Shown: positions 46,154-56,912 of the stretch, piece by piece
Numbering within the stretch: the stretch's first letter is position 1
Layout: each line of letters begins with the position of its first letter
Virus record (IMG/VR): IMGVR_UViG_3300027963_003549
Origin: an uncultured virus (IMG/VR IMGVR_UViG_3300027963_003549)
Lineage: Duplodnaviria; Heunggongvirae; Uroviricota; Caudoviricetes
Reading direction: 5' to 3' (one strand)
DNA: 64,000 nucleotides
Translations under genes and position numbers: made by a program
Notes under the pieces: model-generated
Told to the model about the DNA's origin: nothing
The model's input: only the letters and a program-made list of their open reading frames with translations
Databases searched by the model: none

Positions 46154-46831
46154 ATGGTCATCGGAAATGGGTTAATGGGTAGGACTTTTTCGTCGTTCAC
46201 AGAATACGATGAAGTCGTAATTTTTGCATCAGGTGTTTCTAATTCAAAAGAACAAAATGATTATGAATTTGAAAAAGAAACTACATTACTAAACGACACA
46301 ATATCAAAAAATAAAAACAAGAAACTTATATATTTTAGTACCGTTTTTATTGATAACATCAAATCAAAATATTATACACACAAAAAAAATATGGAAACCA
46401 TAATTGTGGAGAAATGTCAAAATTACTTAATAGTAAGACTACCACAAGTTGTTGGTTATTCTGGTAACCCAAACAATTTATTTAATTTTTTAAAAAACAA
46501 AATAAATTGTGGAGACGAAATCCAAATTGACAAAAGTGCTATAAGATCTTTAATTGATGTTGACGATGTTTATAAAATTGTAACTAATATAATCCCAAAA
46601 TATTCTAACCAAATATTAAACTTAAAAGGTATTGAAGATGTTTATGTATCGGATATTGTTGAGGAAATGTATAGTACAATCGGTGTAAAAAAAAATGTTC
46701 AGTACATAAATAATATTACAAAACCAAACCCTATTAAAAATTCTGATTTAATTGACATTATAATAAAAGAATTATATATTAATGAAGAAGGATATACTAA
46801 AAAATTAATAAAAAAATATTGTACTATATGA
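46154..46831 (+). CDS. NAD-dependent epimerase/dehydratase
   Basis: IGNGLMG, FASGVSNS, YFST, Y..HK, IVRLPQVVG. Confidence 0.75.
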   Translation: MVIGNGLMGRTFSSFTEYDEVVIFASGVSNSKEQNDYEFEKETTLLNDTISKNKNKKLIYFSTVFIDNIKSKYYTHKKNMETIIVEKCQNYLIVRLPQVVGYSGNPNNLFNFLKNKINCGDEIQIDKSAIRSLIDVDDVYKIVTNIIPKYSNQILNLKGIEDVYVSDIVEEMYSTIGVKKNVQYINNITKPNPIKNSDLIDIIIKELYINEEGYTKKLIKKYCTI

Positions 46832-47550
46832 TAGTTTTAACCGGATTTTATAATGCTGAAAAATATGTTCAGAGATCAATTTTATCAATAATGACACAAA
46901 CTTATCGTGATTTCACTTGTTACATAACATCAGATAAATCAACTGACAATTCTGTAAATCTAATTAAACAATTAATAAAAAACGATTCTAGATTTATCAT
47001 TGTAGAAGACGATGATATTAAACTATATCAAACGGGTAATTTTGATAGAGTAATTAGAAATAACCCGAACATCAAAGACGATGATATTATTGTTGAGGTT
47101 GATGGGGATGACTGGTTACCTGATTCATATGTTTTTGAAAGAATAAAAAAACTTTATGATGATAAAGATGTTTGGATTGCAAATGGAAGTTTTCAATATT
47201 CATCAGGACAACCAGGGTTTTCTAGTCCTCAAACAAATTTTGATAATCTAAGAAATTCTGTTTTTACAGCATCACACATAAGAACTTGGAGAGTTTTTCT
47301 TTGGAGAAATATAAAAGAAGAGGATTTAAGAGATGAAAACGGAAACTATTGGCAATGGAGCGGGGATCTATGTTTTATGTTCCCGATGTTGGAAATGGCT
47401 GGTGAGACACATTATAGATTTATGAAAGATGTCAATTATGTATATAATGCGGAAAATCCAATAAATGAACATAAGGTAGACATTGATATGGTTAATGATC
47501 ACGCAAAAAAAATTAGATCTAAAGAAAAGTATGAAAGGTTACATAGATGA
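46828..47550 (+). CDS. Glycosyltransferase family 2
   Basis: YNAEKYV..SI..QTY..D.STD..VDGDDWL. Confidence 0.8.
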   Translation: MIVLTGFYNAEKYVQRSILSIMTQTYRDFTCYITSDKSTDNSVNLIKQLIKNDSRFIIVEDDDIKLYQTGNFDRVIRNNPNIKDDDIIVEVDGDDWLPDSYVFERIKKLYDDKDVWIANGSFQYSSGQPGFSSPQTNFDNLRNSVFTASHIRTWRVFLWRNIKEEDLRDENGNYWQWSGDLCFMFPMLEMAGETHYRFMKDVNYVYNAENPINEHKVDIDMVNDHAKKIRSKEKYERLHR

Positions 47551-48332
47551 TTAGTTGTAGACTACAAGGTGGATTAGGTAATCAAATGTTTCAAATAGCA
47601 ACCACACATTCAATGGCTATCGATAATAATGACACCTCATGTTTTGATATTGAAAGTTGTTATACTCCTAACCAAGGGGAAACTGCAACAAAATACAAAA
47701 ATGTTTTTTTTGAAAATGTGAAAGATTGTAAAGGTTTTAATAGTCAAAAGTTTTTTACTGAGACAGGTTTTATATATCGTGATCTTGAATACTCACCAGG
47801 TTTACTTTTAAACGGATCATTTCAGTCGTATAAATATTTCCATCATAATTACAAAGAAATTACCAAAATATTCACAATACCTGAAGATTATAAAAACGAG
47901 GTTATAAATGAATTTGGTTGGTTATTGAATTCTGAAAAACCATTAGTTTCCGTACATGTTAGACGTGGTGATTACTTAACTAAACCTGATTATCATTATA
48001 ACTTACCTAAGAGGTATTATGATAACGCAATTAATTTTCTAGATGGTTGTAATTTCGTTTTCATATCAGATGATATGAATTGGATTAAGGAAAATTTTAT
48101 TGGTAATAATATTTTTTATTCTGAAAAAAACAATGAAATTTTTGATTTTGTATTAATGTACTTGTGTAAAATAAACATTATAGCAAATAGTTCTTTTTCA
48201 TGGTGGGCATCTTATTTAAATCATAACAATAAAATAATTTTAGCACCTGACAAATGGTTAGGTATTAACGCACCAGAATATAAATTAGACGATTTATATT
48301 TGGATGAATGGAAAATAATTGATACACAATAA
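47547..48332 (+). CDS. GT11 alpha-1,2-fucosyltransferase-like protein
   Basis: GGLGNQMFQ, HVRRGDY, FISDD, IIANSSFSWW. Confidence 0.9.
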   Translation: MISCRLQGGLGNQMFQIATTHSMAIDNNDTSCFDIESCYTPNQGETATKYKNVFFENVKDCKGFNSQKFFTETGFIYRDLEYSPGLLLNGSFQSYKYFHHNYKEITKIFTIPEDYKNEVINEFGWLLNSEKPLVSVHVRRGDYLTKPDYHYNLPKRYYDNAINFLDGCNFVFISDDMNWIKENFIGNNIFYSEKNNEIFDFVLMYLCKINIIANSSFSWWASYLNHNNKIILAPDKWLGINAPEYKLDDLYLDEWKIIDTQ

Positions 48333-48334
48333 TT

Positions 48335-49063
48335 ATGAAGATACATGCACATATATTATCTTGGAATGAAGAAAAAATTCTTCCATATACTTTAGACCAT
48401 TATAGTGAGTTCTGTGAAAAAATTTTTATTTATGATAATATGTCGACAGATTCATCGGATGAGATATATAAAAAATATGAAAAAGTGGAAGTTATTAAGT
48501 GGGATAGTGGTGATACATTTAACGATTACCAAAATTCACTTATTAAATCATTTAACTATAGGAAAAGAAGTAGAACAGGAGACGTAGATTGGGTAATCTG
48601 TTGTGATTGTGATGAATTTCTATACCATCCAAATTTATTAGAAAAACTCAGAGAATATAAAGATAAAGGAATAACTATGCCATTGGTTAATGGGTATGAT
48701 ATGTGTTCTGATGTTTTTCCAGAATACGATGGAACAAAATTAACAGAAAAAGTTAAAACAGGATCCGATGTATATGAACCATTCAGTAAAAAAATAATAT
48801 TCAATCCACAATTAGATGTGGAGTATGGTATGGGCGCTCATGCTTGTAAGGCACCAAACGCAGTCTTTTCTGAAACTCCTGAATTAAAACTTTTACACTA
48901 CAAATATCTTGGTAAAAAATATGTTGATGATTTATACGAAAAAAGAAGATCTAGATTATCACAATTTAATCTTTCAAATAATTGTGGAACTCACTATTTT
49001 ATGATGAAAGAAACGTATGAAAAAATGGACAATATATTAAAAAATGGTTTCAAACCTATTTGA
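48335..49063 (+). CDS. GT2-like glycosyltransferase
   Basis: WNEE..LDHY..YDNMSTD..DWVICCDCDEF..LLHYK. Confidence 0.75.
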   Translation: MKIHAHILSWNEEKILPYTLDHYSEFCEKIFIYDNMSTDSSDEIYKKYEKVEVIKWDSGDTFNDYQNSLIKSFNYRKRSRTGDVDWVICCDCDEFLYHPNLLEKLREYKDKGITMPLVNGYDMCSDVFPEYDGTKLTEKVKTGSDVYEPFSKKIIFNPQLDVEYGMGAHACKAPNAVFSETPELKLLHYKYLGKKYVDDLYEKRRSRLSQFNLSNNCGTHYFMMKETYEKMDNILKNGFKPI

Positions 49064-49109
49064 TTATTTACTATGATAAAATTATTAAGTATTTTTAAAT
49101 AAAAAAAAT

Positions 49110-50408
49110 ATGAGTCTAAACAAATTAGTTAACGAAATTACAGAATATCTGAAAGAAAATAAACCTAAATACTTATACAATCAAAATTTTATACCCAATC
49201 AGAGTAGTGTATTATACTCTGGTCCATTTTGGGATGAAAATGAGATAGTTGCGGCTATAAAATCATTGTTAAATAGTAATTGGTTAGTTTCAGGAGAAAA
49301 CGTATTTAGATTTGAAAGAGCTTTCGCTAAAAAGTTTGGTGTCAAGTTTGCACATATGGTTAATTCAGGTAGTTCTGCTAATTTGATATTAATTACCGCA
49401 GTAAAAAAGTATTTTGGTTGGGAAGATGGTGATGAAGTTATTGTATCACCTGTTGGTTTCCCCACCACAATATCCCCACTTGTTCAAAATAACCTAGTTC
49501 CTATTTTTGTTGATATTGAATACAACACATTAAACTTTGATGTACATCAAATTGAATCTAAAATAACTGAAAGAACAAAAGCGATATTTGTTTCACCTGT
49601 ATTAGGTAATCCACCTGATATTGATTTCTTGAAGGATTTGTGTGAAAAATATAACCTAAAATTATTAGGTGATAGTTGTGATAGTTTAGGAACTAAATGG
49701 AAGGGTGAAGATTTAAGTAAAAATTATGTAGCATGGACTACATCCTTTTATCCCGCTCATCACATTACAACAGGTGAAGGAGGTATGGTATGTACTAATG
49801 ATGAAGAATTGAAGAAACTTTTTGTAAGTTTTTCATGGTGGGGAAGGGCTTGTTACTGCGTTGGGTCATCAAATCTTTTACCTTGTGGTACTTGTAAAAA
49901 CAGATTTTCAAATTGGTTAGAGTCTTATAACGGTATAATTGATCACAAATATGTTTTTACTAATATGGGTTACAATTTAAAACCTATGGATTTACAAGGT
50001 TCTATTGGATTAATCCAATTAGAAAAATTTGATGAGATAGATCAAAAAAGAAAAAATAGTAAAACTAAAGTTGAAGAGATTATTTTAAAATACGTACAAG
50101 GTGTTGGAAAAGTTAATTCTTTAGAAGAATCTGACACTTGTTGGTTTGGTACTCCGTTTATATGTGAAAACAAAAAACTGAAGGATAAATTGGTTGCATT
50201 CTTAGAAGATAATAAGATTCAAACGAGAAATTATTTTGCGGGTAATATCCTTTATCATCCAGCCTATAAACATTTAGGTAATATAGATGAGTTCCCAAAT
50301 TCAAATATGGTTTTAGATAAGGTATTCTTTTTAGGGGCTGCTCCTCACTATAATGAGGATGTGTTCAAATATATTGATGAAATTTTTGAAGAGAAATGGA
50401 CAAATTAA
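49110..50408 (+). CDS. rfbH: DegT-family NDP-4-keto-6-deoxysugar 3-dehydrase (RfbH/DdhC-like)
   Basis: VNSGSSANL, FPTT, SFYPAHHITTGEGG (His in place of the PLP Lys), WGRACYC..C..RF cluster motif. Confidence 0.85.
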   Translation: MSLNKLVNEITEYLKENKPKYLYNQNFIPNQSSVLYSGPFWDENEIVAAIKSLLNSNWLVSGENVFRFERAFAKKFGVKFAHMVNSGSSANLILITAVKKYFGWEDGDEVIVSPVGFPTTISPLVQNNLVPIFVDIEYNTLNFDVHQIESKITERTKAIFVSPVLGNPPDIDFLKDLCEKYNLKLLGDSCDSLGTKWKGEDLSKNYVAWTTSFYPAHHITTGEGGMVCTNDEELKKLFVSFSWWGRACYCVGSSNLLPCGTCKNRFSNWLESYNGIIDHKYVFTNMGYNLKPMDLQGSIGLIQLEKFDEIDQKRKNSKTKVEEIILKYVQGVGKVNSLEESDTCWFGTPFICENKKLKDKLVAFLEDNKIQTRNYFAGNILYHPAYKHLGNIDEFPNSNMVLDKVFFLGAAPHYNEDVFKYIDEIFEEKWTN

Positions 50409-51769
50409 AAATAATTGTCCTTGGTGACGGATTATTAGGTTCTGAAATTGAAAAACAATCTGGATGGGAGGTCTTTTCTAGAAAACGTAAAAACTTTTCT
50501 ATATCTGACTTCCCTAACCAAATACCTACCGACACCGATATTATAATAAATTGTATTGCAAATACGGATACCTATTCTAAAGATGGTTCTTCCCACTGGA
50601 ACACTAATGTCTTGTTTGTTGATTATTTAATTGACTATTGTAATAAAAATAATGTGAAATTAGTTCATATATCTTCTGATTATGTATATACCAATTCGGA
50701 TGAAAATGCAGATGAAACTACAGTACCATTACATTGTAATAATTGGTATGGATATACCAAACTAATATCTGATTCCATCATCCAAGTAAGATCAAAAAAT
50801 TACTTAGTAATTAGATGTACTCATAAACCAAAACCATTCCCATACGAAAAAGCATGGGACGACCAAGTGGGTAATTTTGATTATGTAGATATAATCTCCA
50901 AAAAAATTATTGATTTGGTATTGAAAAATGCTTTTGGGGTATTCAATGTTGGAACCGAAACAAAAACAATTTATGACTTAGCAACTCATACAAAAGTAGT
51001 GAAACCAATAAACTCACCAGAATACGTCCCAAAAAACACAACAATGAATGTTAAAAAAATGGAAAATCACCTATCAAAACCTTTTTTTTCAATAGCAATT
51101 CCAACATATGGTTATAATGGAAATGGTCAAAAATTTCTTATTGAGAATTTTGAAAAATTAAAGTCACAAACTTATAATGATTTTGAAGTCGTTATTTCAG
51201 ACCATAGTATTGATGATACTATTAAAGATATTTGTGATCAATACTCCTCAGAACTTAATATAAAATACATTAGGAATGAATTTGGTAGAGGTGTTATATC
51301 ACCAAATATTAATAACGCGATGAGACATTGTTCTGGGACTTGGATAAAGATTTTATTCCAAGATGATTTTTTATATGATCAATATTCATTAGAACATCAA
51401 TTTAAATTCATAATTAAAAATTTTAATATGTATTGGTTTGCAACAAAGTTCTATCATAGTAATGATGGTAAAACCTTTTACAGATTATTTTTACCTAAGT
51501 GGAATGATTTAGTTTGGACTGGAAATAACACAATTGGGTGTCCGTCGGTAATAACCATTAAAAATGAAAATTTAGAATATTTTGATGAAGGTCTAAACTG
51601 GTTAATGGATGTTGAGTTTTATAAACGGGTCTTTGATAAAAAAGGAGAACCTCAAGTCTTAGATGAAATCACTGTTGTAAATCGTACTTGGGGTGATCGG
51701 TTAACCGATACAATTACCGAAGACTTAAAGACCAATGAACACATAATTGTTAATAAGAAATATGCTTAA
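50396..51769 (+). CDS. RmlD-like reductase fused to a GT2 glycosyltransferase
   Basis: GDGLLG..HISSDYVY..YGYTK; then FSIAIPTY..VVISD..LFQDD. Confidence 0.8.
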   Translation: MDKLKIIVLGDGLLGSEIEKQSGWEVFSRKRKNFSISDFPNQIPTDTDIIINCIANTDTYSKDGSSHWNTNVLFVDYLIDYCNKNNVKLVHISSDYVYTNSDENADETTVPLHCNNWYGYTKLISDSIIQVRSKNYLVIRCTHKPKPFPYEKAWDDQVGNFDYVDIISKKIIDLVLKNAFGVFNVGTETKTIYDLATHTKVVKPINSPEYVPKNTTMNVKKMENHLSKPFFSIAIPTYGYNGNGQKFLIENFEKLKSQTYNDFEVVISDHSIDDTIKDICDQYSSELNIKYIRNEFGRGVISPNINNAMRHCSGTWIKILFQDDFLYDQYSLEHQFKFIIKNFNMYWFATKFYHSNDGKTFYRLFLPKWNDLVWTGNNTIGCPSVITIKNENLEYFDEGLNWLMDVEFYKRVFDKKGEPQVLDEITVVNRTWGDRLTDTITEDLKTNEHIIVNKKYA

Positions 51770-52421
51770 ATTAGATAATGTTACCCTAATCGCTTTAACT
51801 AGTGTTAGATTAGACCAAACTATCAAAGCCCTTGAATATAGTTGTAAGGGTGTTGAGTTTGGATCAGTAAAAATTGCTTCAGACATTAAACCTAAAAATT
51901 TACCATCATTTATAACACATGAATTCACTGAAAAAAGTAGTAATATTGATGAGTGGAATTATAATATAATATATAATTTACCTAAACATGTTGATACCGA
52001 ATTCGCACTATTGATACATGATAATGGATTTGTTGTTAATCCTGATTCATGGAGAGATGAGTTTTTAGAATATGATTATATTGGTGCACCTTGGCCATTA
52101 CCAAATGATAATTTCTCATATCGGGATATTAGTGGAAATATTATACGACAGGGTAATAGTGTCTCACTACGAAGTAAAAAACTATTGGATGTACCAATTA
52201 ATAAAAATTTAGAATGGAAAGCATTTCATGGATTTACTAATGAAGATGGTTTTATTTGTGTTAATTATAGACACGAATATTTAGATTCAGGTTGTAAATT
52301 TGCAGATATTGATGTTGCTAAATATTTTTCACATGAATCTATGATTCCTGAAATTGCTGGTATCAAACCTTTTGCTTTTCATAACTATATAGGTAGTAAT
52401 AATCAATATCCTAAATTTTAG
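51762..52421 (+). CDS. DUF5672-like putative glycosyltransferase
   Basis: LIHDNGFV..YDYIGAPW..SLRSK..NED..PFAFH. Confidence 0.7.
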   Translation: MLKLDNVTLIALTSVRLDQTIKALEYSCKGVEFGSVKIASDIKPKNLPSFITHEFTEKSSNIDEWNYNIIYNLPKHVDTEFALLIHDNGFVVNPDSWRDEFLEYDYIGAPWPLPNDNFSYRDISGNIIRQGNSVSLRSKKLLDVPINKNLEWKAFHGFTNEDGFICVNYRHEYLDSGCKFADIDVAKYFSHESMIPEIAGIKPFAFHNYIGSNNQYPKF

Positions 52422-52478
52422 GATTATAATATTGTTTACATATAAACAGAATAATTTATTTTTATAAAAAAAAACAAA

Positions 52479-53237
52479 ATGGAAAAATTAATAAAAACAA
52501 ACGCATTGTTGGTGCTTAGCGATTATAATTGGTTACCTAATGATATAGAAAATTCATGGGTAACAAAATATACTGATAATTATTTAATTCTTGACAGATT
52601 TCATCGATTCAAAGAATCGGATAAAATTAAGTGGCAAGATAATCTTGGTCAAAATGTGTATGATATTTTTGATTTTATTTATAAAAATTATGAAAATCTA
52701 CCTGAAATTACGATTTTTTGTAGAGCAGCATTTTTGAATCCAAAAGATGACGGAATTGTTAGATATGATGAAAATGGAAAAAGATTATCCACAGGAAATT
52801 GTACTGAAGAAACATTTAATAAAATTTGTAACAATACTGAATTTACTGAAGTTCATGATTTTGGACCAGCCGCCCATGAAAGATATTATGGACAAGTACA
52901 ACCAGCAAGTAAATTAGATTCAGATGGGTTTGGGTTTTTGGAAATAAATAATAGTTGGTACTTGTTTTCACATAGACCTCAATTTTTCAATTCATTAAAT
53001 CAACTTTTTGATGAAATATTTGAGGACGCAACCCATCCAGAATATGTACGTTTTGCCCCAGGCGCAAATTATATTATACCTAAAAAAGACATGTTAAAAT
53101 ACAATAAACATTTTTATGAAAAAATGAGAGAGTTTATTGGATGGGACATTATAACGGGAGAAGCTCATATGTTTGAAAGAGCTTTATACACTCTATTCAC
53201 AAGTAATTTCAAAATAAAATCAAAATATAGTAATTAA
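52479..53237 (+). CDS. DUF3431-like protein
   Basis: N.G..FIYKNYENLP..F.PGANYII..AHMFER. Confidence 0.5.
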   Translation: MEKLIKTNALLVLSDYNWLPNDIENSWVTKYTDNYLILDRFHRFKESDKIKWQDNLGQNVYDIFDFIYKNYENLPEITIFCRAAFLNPKDDGIVRYDENGKRLSTGNCTEETFNKICNNTEFTEVHDFGPAAHERYYGQVQPASKLDSDGFGFLEINNSWYLFSHRPQFFNSLNQLFDEIFEDATHPEYVRFAPGANYIIPKKDMLKYNKHFYEKMREFIGWDIITGEAHMFERALYTLFTSNFKIKSKYSN

Positions 53238-53240
53238 ACC

Positions 53241-53825
53241 TTGGAAAATAATAATTTATCCCCGATTTATTTAAGAAATGTGCCACCTCCGGCAGAAACG
53301 TTTGATCACGTTAGTTTTTTTAAATTTTTGTTTTCATGGATTAGACCTGAATGTTTTTTAGAATTAGGTGTAAGAGATGGAAGAAATTTTGTAGCGGTTT
53401 CAGAATTTTGTAAAAAGGCAATTGCCGTTGATATTATAGCCCAACAAATTAATGGGGTTGACGTTAAATCTGAAATTTTTGAGTATCATACAATGACGAC
53501 TGACACATATTTTGAGTTGTTAGACAAAGAAACTAAATTTGACGTTGTTTTTATTGACGCAGACCACTCACATGAACAATCCCTTAAAGATTTTTTAAAT
53601 GTAAAAGATTTAGTAATTGAAGATGGTTTCATTTTTTTCCATGACACTTATCCTTGGGATGAATCTTACTTTGACCCAGGAGCGTGTAATGATGTTTACA
53701 AAACGGCTCTTTATATCAAACAAAATTTTATTGACGAGTTTGAAATTGTAACATTACCAATTAATCCAGGTGTTACAATTGTTAAAAAAATGAAAAGAAA
53801 TAAGCAATTAATTTATTTACCATAA
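53241..53825 (+). CDS. Class I SAM methyltransferase (Methyltransf_24-like), copy 1
   Basis: LELGVRDG, FIDADHSHE, GFIFFHD. Confidence 0.85.
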   Translation: MENNNLSPIYLRNVPPPAETFDHVSFFKFLFSWIRPECFLELGVRDGRNFVAVSEFCKKAIAVDIIAQQINGVDVKSEIFEYHTMTTDTYFELLDKETKFDVVFIDADHSHEQSLKDFLNVKDLVIEDGFIFFHDTYPWDESYFDPGACNDVYKTALYIKQNFIDEFEIVTLPINPGVTIVKKMKRNKQLIYLP

Positions 53826-53829
53826 TCCC

Positions 53830-54630
53830 ATGAAAAAAAAAATTGCTTTAGTCACCATGGCTAAAGATGAGGATTATTATCTACAAGAGTGGATTGATTA
53901 TCATCTAAAATTAGGATTTGACGATATTTTTATTTACCAAAATAATTGGAGATTTAAAAATCCAAAACCCCATGAAAATGTCCATTTTATGGAATGGGAT
54001 GTTGAATCAAAACAACCAATAGATGGTCAAGAAGTATGGGAATGGAATAGACATTCCCAATGTTATAGTAGTTTTGGTAAAGAATATCATAATCAGTATG
54101 AATGGGCGGCATTTTTTGATGTTGATTGTTTTTTAGTTCTTAAAGAAACTAATGATGTTAAATCTTTTATAAAAAATTATGACGATATCCCACAATCACA
54201 AATTGTTATAAATTTTGTATTTTTTGGAGATAATGGTCTTACAACATTTGATGAAAATAACACAAGTGTTCTAGAAAGATTTACAAAACGATGGGGTGGG
54301 GCACATACACATTCTTTTTATTATTTTTTACCAATTTGCAAATTACATGAAGATTTTTGTTGTCACAAAATACATTACGTAAATGGTGATTGGGTAGATG
54401 TTGATTACAATGTTGGCTCAGGTATGCCACAAAGTAGAGAGGTGAATTATGATAAAGCCCAACTTAATCATTATTACACTAAAACTTTACCTGAATGGAA
54501 TTTAAAACTTAATAAAACAAGAGCCGAAGGTGACTGGATGGTAAATCCACCCGAAGGTTTCCAACTTCATAATTTTAATGATGTTGAAGATTTATACGCA
54601 CTAAATTTTTTTAAAAACAAACAAATATGA
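53830..54630 (+). CDS. GT92/GT2-like glycosyltransferase
   Basis: KDEDYYLQEWIDYHLKLGFD..WAAFFDVD..QLNHYYTK. Confidence 0.75.
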   Translation: MKKKIALVTMAKDEDYYLQEWIDYHLKLGFDDIFIYQNNWRFKNPKPHENVHFMEWDVESKQPIDGQEVWEWNRHSQCYSSFGKEYHNQYEWAAFFDVDCFLVLKETNDVKSFIKNYDDIPQSQIVINFVFFGDNGLTTFDENNTSVLERFTKRWGGAHTHSFYYFLPICKLHEDFCCHKIHYVNGDWVDVDYNVGSGMPQSREVNYDKAQLNHYYTKTLPEWNLKLNKTRAEGDWMVNPPEGFQLHNFNDVEDLYALNFFKNKQI

Positions 54631-55184
54631 AACCAATACATTTAAGAAATGTTCCACCACCAGGTGAAACATTTAATCATCCTGATTTTTTTGAACTTCT
54701 TTTTTCATGGATTAGACCTGAAAATTATTTAGAGTTAGGTGTTAGAGATGGGGCAACATTTATAAAAGTTGCAAAACATTGTAAAAATGCAGTCGGAGTA
54801 GACCTTTTTCCCGCACCATTTCCTTTAGATGAAAATATGGAATTTAATGTCACATCTACGGATGACTATTTCAATAATTTAAGTGAAAATATCTTTTTTG
54901 ACGCAGTTTTTATTGACGCTGACCATTCGCACGAACAGTCACTTAAAGATTTTATTAATGTTAAAGACCATGTGATTGAGGATGGGTTTATTTTTTTCCA
55001 TGACACATACCCATATGACCCTGTATTTTTTGATGTACATGCTTGTAATGATGCTTATAAAACTGCACATTATATAAAAGAAAATTTCATTGACGAATTT
55101 GAAATTGTAACACTACCAATAAATCCAGGAGTTACTATTGTTAAAAAAATGAAAAGAAATAAACAATTAATTTATTTACAATAA
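54627..55184 (+). CDS. Class I SAM methyltransferase (Methyltransf_24-like), copy 2
   Basis: Same motifs as 53241..53825, with an identical C-terminal stretch. Confidence 0.85.
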   Translation: MKPIHLRNVPPPGETFNHPDFFELLFSWIRPENYLELGVRDGATFIKVAKHCKNAVGVDLFPAPFPLDENMEFNVTSTDDYFNNLSENIFFDAVFIDADHSHEQSLKDFINVKDHVIEDGFIFFHDTYPYDPVFFDVHACNDAYKTAHYIKENFIDEFEIVTLPINPGVTIVKKMKRNKQLIYLQ

Positions 55185-55188
55185 AATT

Positions 55189-56115
55189 ATGAAGGGGGAA
55201 AAAATTTTTATTACAGGAGGAGCCGGTTTTTTAGGTAAAAATTTAATAGAAAAACTATACAGGGATAATGAAATTACAGTTTATTCAAGAGATGAATCTA
55301 AACATTATTATTTAAAAAAATATTATCCTAAAGTAAATTTTGTAATAGGTGATGTTAGAAATAAAGATTTATTAATACGAAAAAGTTATGGACATAGTGT
55401 TGGTATTTTTGCAGCGTCACTAAAACAAATTGAAGCGTGTAATGATAACTTTGAGGAAGCTAAGTCAATTATTGTTGATGGAGCGATTAATTCAAGGATT
55501 GCCGCAGAAACAAATAAATTTAAATCAGGTTGTTTTATTTCATCAGATAAAAGTAGAGCCGCTACAACTATATACGGAGCAATGAAATATGTTGCTGGTG
55601 AATCATTTATAGCTAATAGTTCTGAATGTAATCTTACAACTGCAATATATGGTAATGTTACAAATTCAACAGGTTCAATTATCCCTCTAATTTGGGATTT
55701 CATTAAAAATAATAAGGAAATTGAATTATATAATCCAAACATGACAAGATTTTTATTAGATGTTGATGATGCGATTGATTTGATTTTAAAAACCGTAAAT
55801 TATACTAATTGTAATGTTATACCTGTTGCAAAATCTTTCTTGATTAAAGATTTGTTTGACATTTTCAAAGAAAATTTCGGGTTAAAATATAAAATAACTA
55901 ACGAGAGAACCGGTGAAAAAATTCATGAAATAATGTCTTCATCTGAAGAAATTAGAAGAATGGAATATAGTGTAAAAGACAATTTATATTTACTCTATCC
56001 TAATAAAATTATCAATAAAATTAATTTTAGTAATAATGAGTATTCTTCTAAAGATAGCTGTATCACTAAAGAAGAATTATACAATTATTTAAATAGTAAA
56101 AATTTTTTCAGATGA
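55189..56115 (+). CDS. UDP-GlcNAc 4,6-dehydratase-like protein (PseB/CapD family)
   Basis: ITGGAGFLG, YSRDESK, GDVR, SSDK, YGAMK, YGNV..S.GS, MTRF, GEKIHE. Confidence 0.85.
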   Translation: MKGEKIFITGGAGFLGKNLIEKLYRDNEITVYSRDESKHYYLKKYYPKVNFVIGDVRNKDLLIRKSYGHSVGIFAASLKQIEACNDNFEEAKSIIVDGAINSRIAAETNKFKSGCFISSDKSRAATTIYGAMKYVAGESFIANSSECNLTTAIYGNVTNSTGSIIPLIWDFIKNNKEIELYNPNMTRFLLDVDDAIDLILKTVNYTNCNVIPVAKSFLIKDLFDIFKENFGLKYKITNERTGEKIHEIMSSSEEIRRMEYSVKDNLYLLYPNKIINKINFSNNEYSSKDSCITKEELYNYLNSKNFFR

Positions 56116-56912
56116 AAATCATAATTTTTGGTTCAAATGGTATGTTAGGAACATACCTTACTAAAGTTTTAGGTGAAAAATACTCGGTAGTTTCTTTAAC
56201 AAGAAATGATATTGATATTACAAAATCTTCTGAAACAGAAATTTTAAATTTTTTAGAAAAAAATGTTACAAAAGATGACATTATAATAAACTCATCAGGT
56301 ATCATTAAGCAAAGAAAATATGAAATTTGTGATATGATCCAAGTTAACAGTCAGTTTCCAAATTATTTAAGTAAATTTAAAAAGATTACTGAATGTAACA
56401 TAATTCATATTACTACAGATTGTGTTTTTAATGGTTTGAAAGGATATTACGTTGAAAACAATAATCACGACTGTTTTGACGAATATGGAAAAACAAAATC
56501 TTTAGGTGAAAACGAATCAATAACTATCATTAGAACTTCAATTATAGGTGAAGAATTACAAAATCAGAAATCATTGGTTGAATGGGTTAAATCACAATCT
56601 AATAAAAATATCTTTGGATATACAAATCATTTATGGAATGGTGTAACTTGTTTAGAATTGTCAAAATATATTGATGATATTATTTCTACAAATAATTTTT
56701 GGGTTGGTGTTAGACATGTTTTTTCCCCAACTATAGTATCTAAATTTGAATTAGTTAATATGATTAATAAAATCTATGATTTAAATATTAAAATTGAACC
56801 TAAAGAAACTGATGAAAAATGTTTTAGAAATTTATCAACTAATTTTACAAATCCAATAAAAAAAGAATTGTTTGAACAAATAACTGAAATGAAAAATTTT
56901 AATTTGAAATGA
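56112..56912 (+). CDS. RmlD-like NDP-4-keto sugar reductase
   Basis: GSNGMLG, HITTDCVF, YGKTKSLGE, IRTSIIG, WNGVT. Confidence 0.85.
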   Translation: MKIIIFGSNGMLGTYLTKVLGEKYSVVSLTRNDIDITKSSETEILNFLEKNVTKDDIIINSSGIIKQRKYEICDMIQVNSQFPNYLSKFKKITECNIIHITTDCVFNGLKGYYVENNNHDCFDEYGKTKSLGENESITIIRTSIIGEELQNQKSLVEWVKSQSNKNIFGYTNHLWNGVTCLELSKYIDDIISTNNFWVGVRHVFSPTIVSKFELVNMINKIYDLNIKIEPKETDEKCFRNLSTNFTNPIKKELFEQITEMKNFNLK

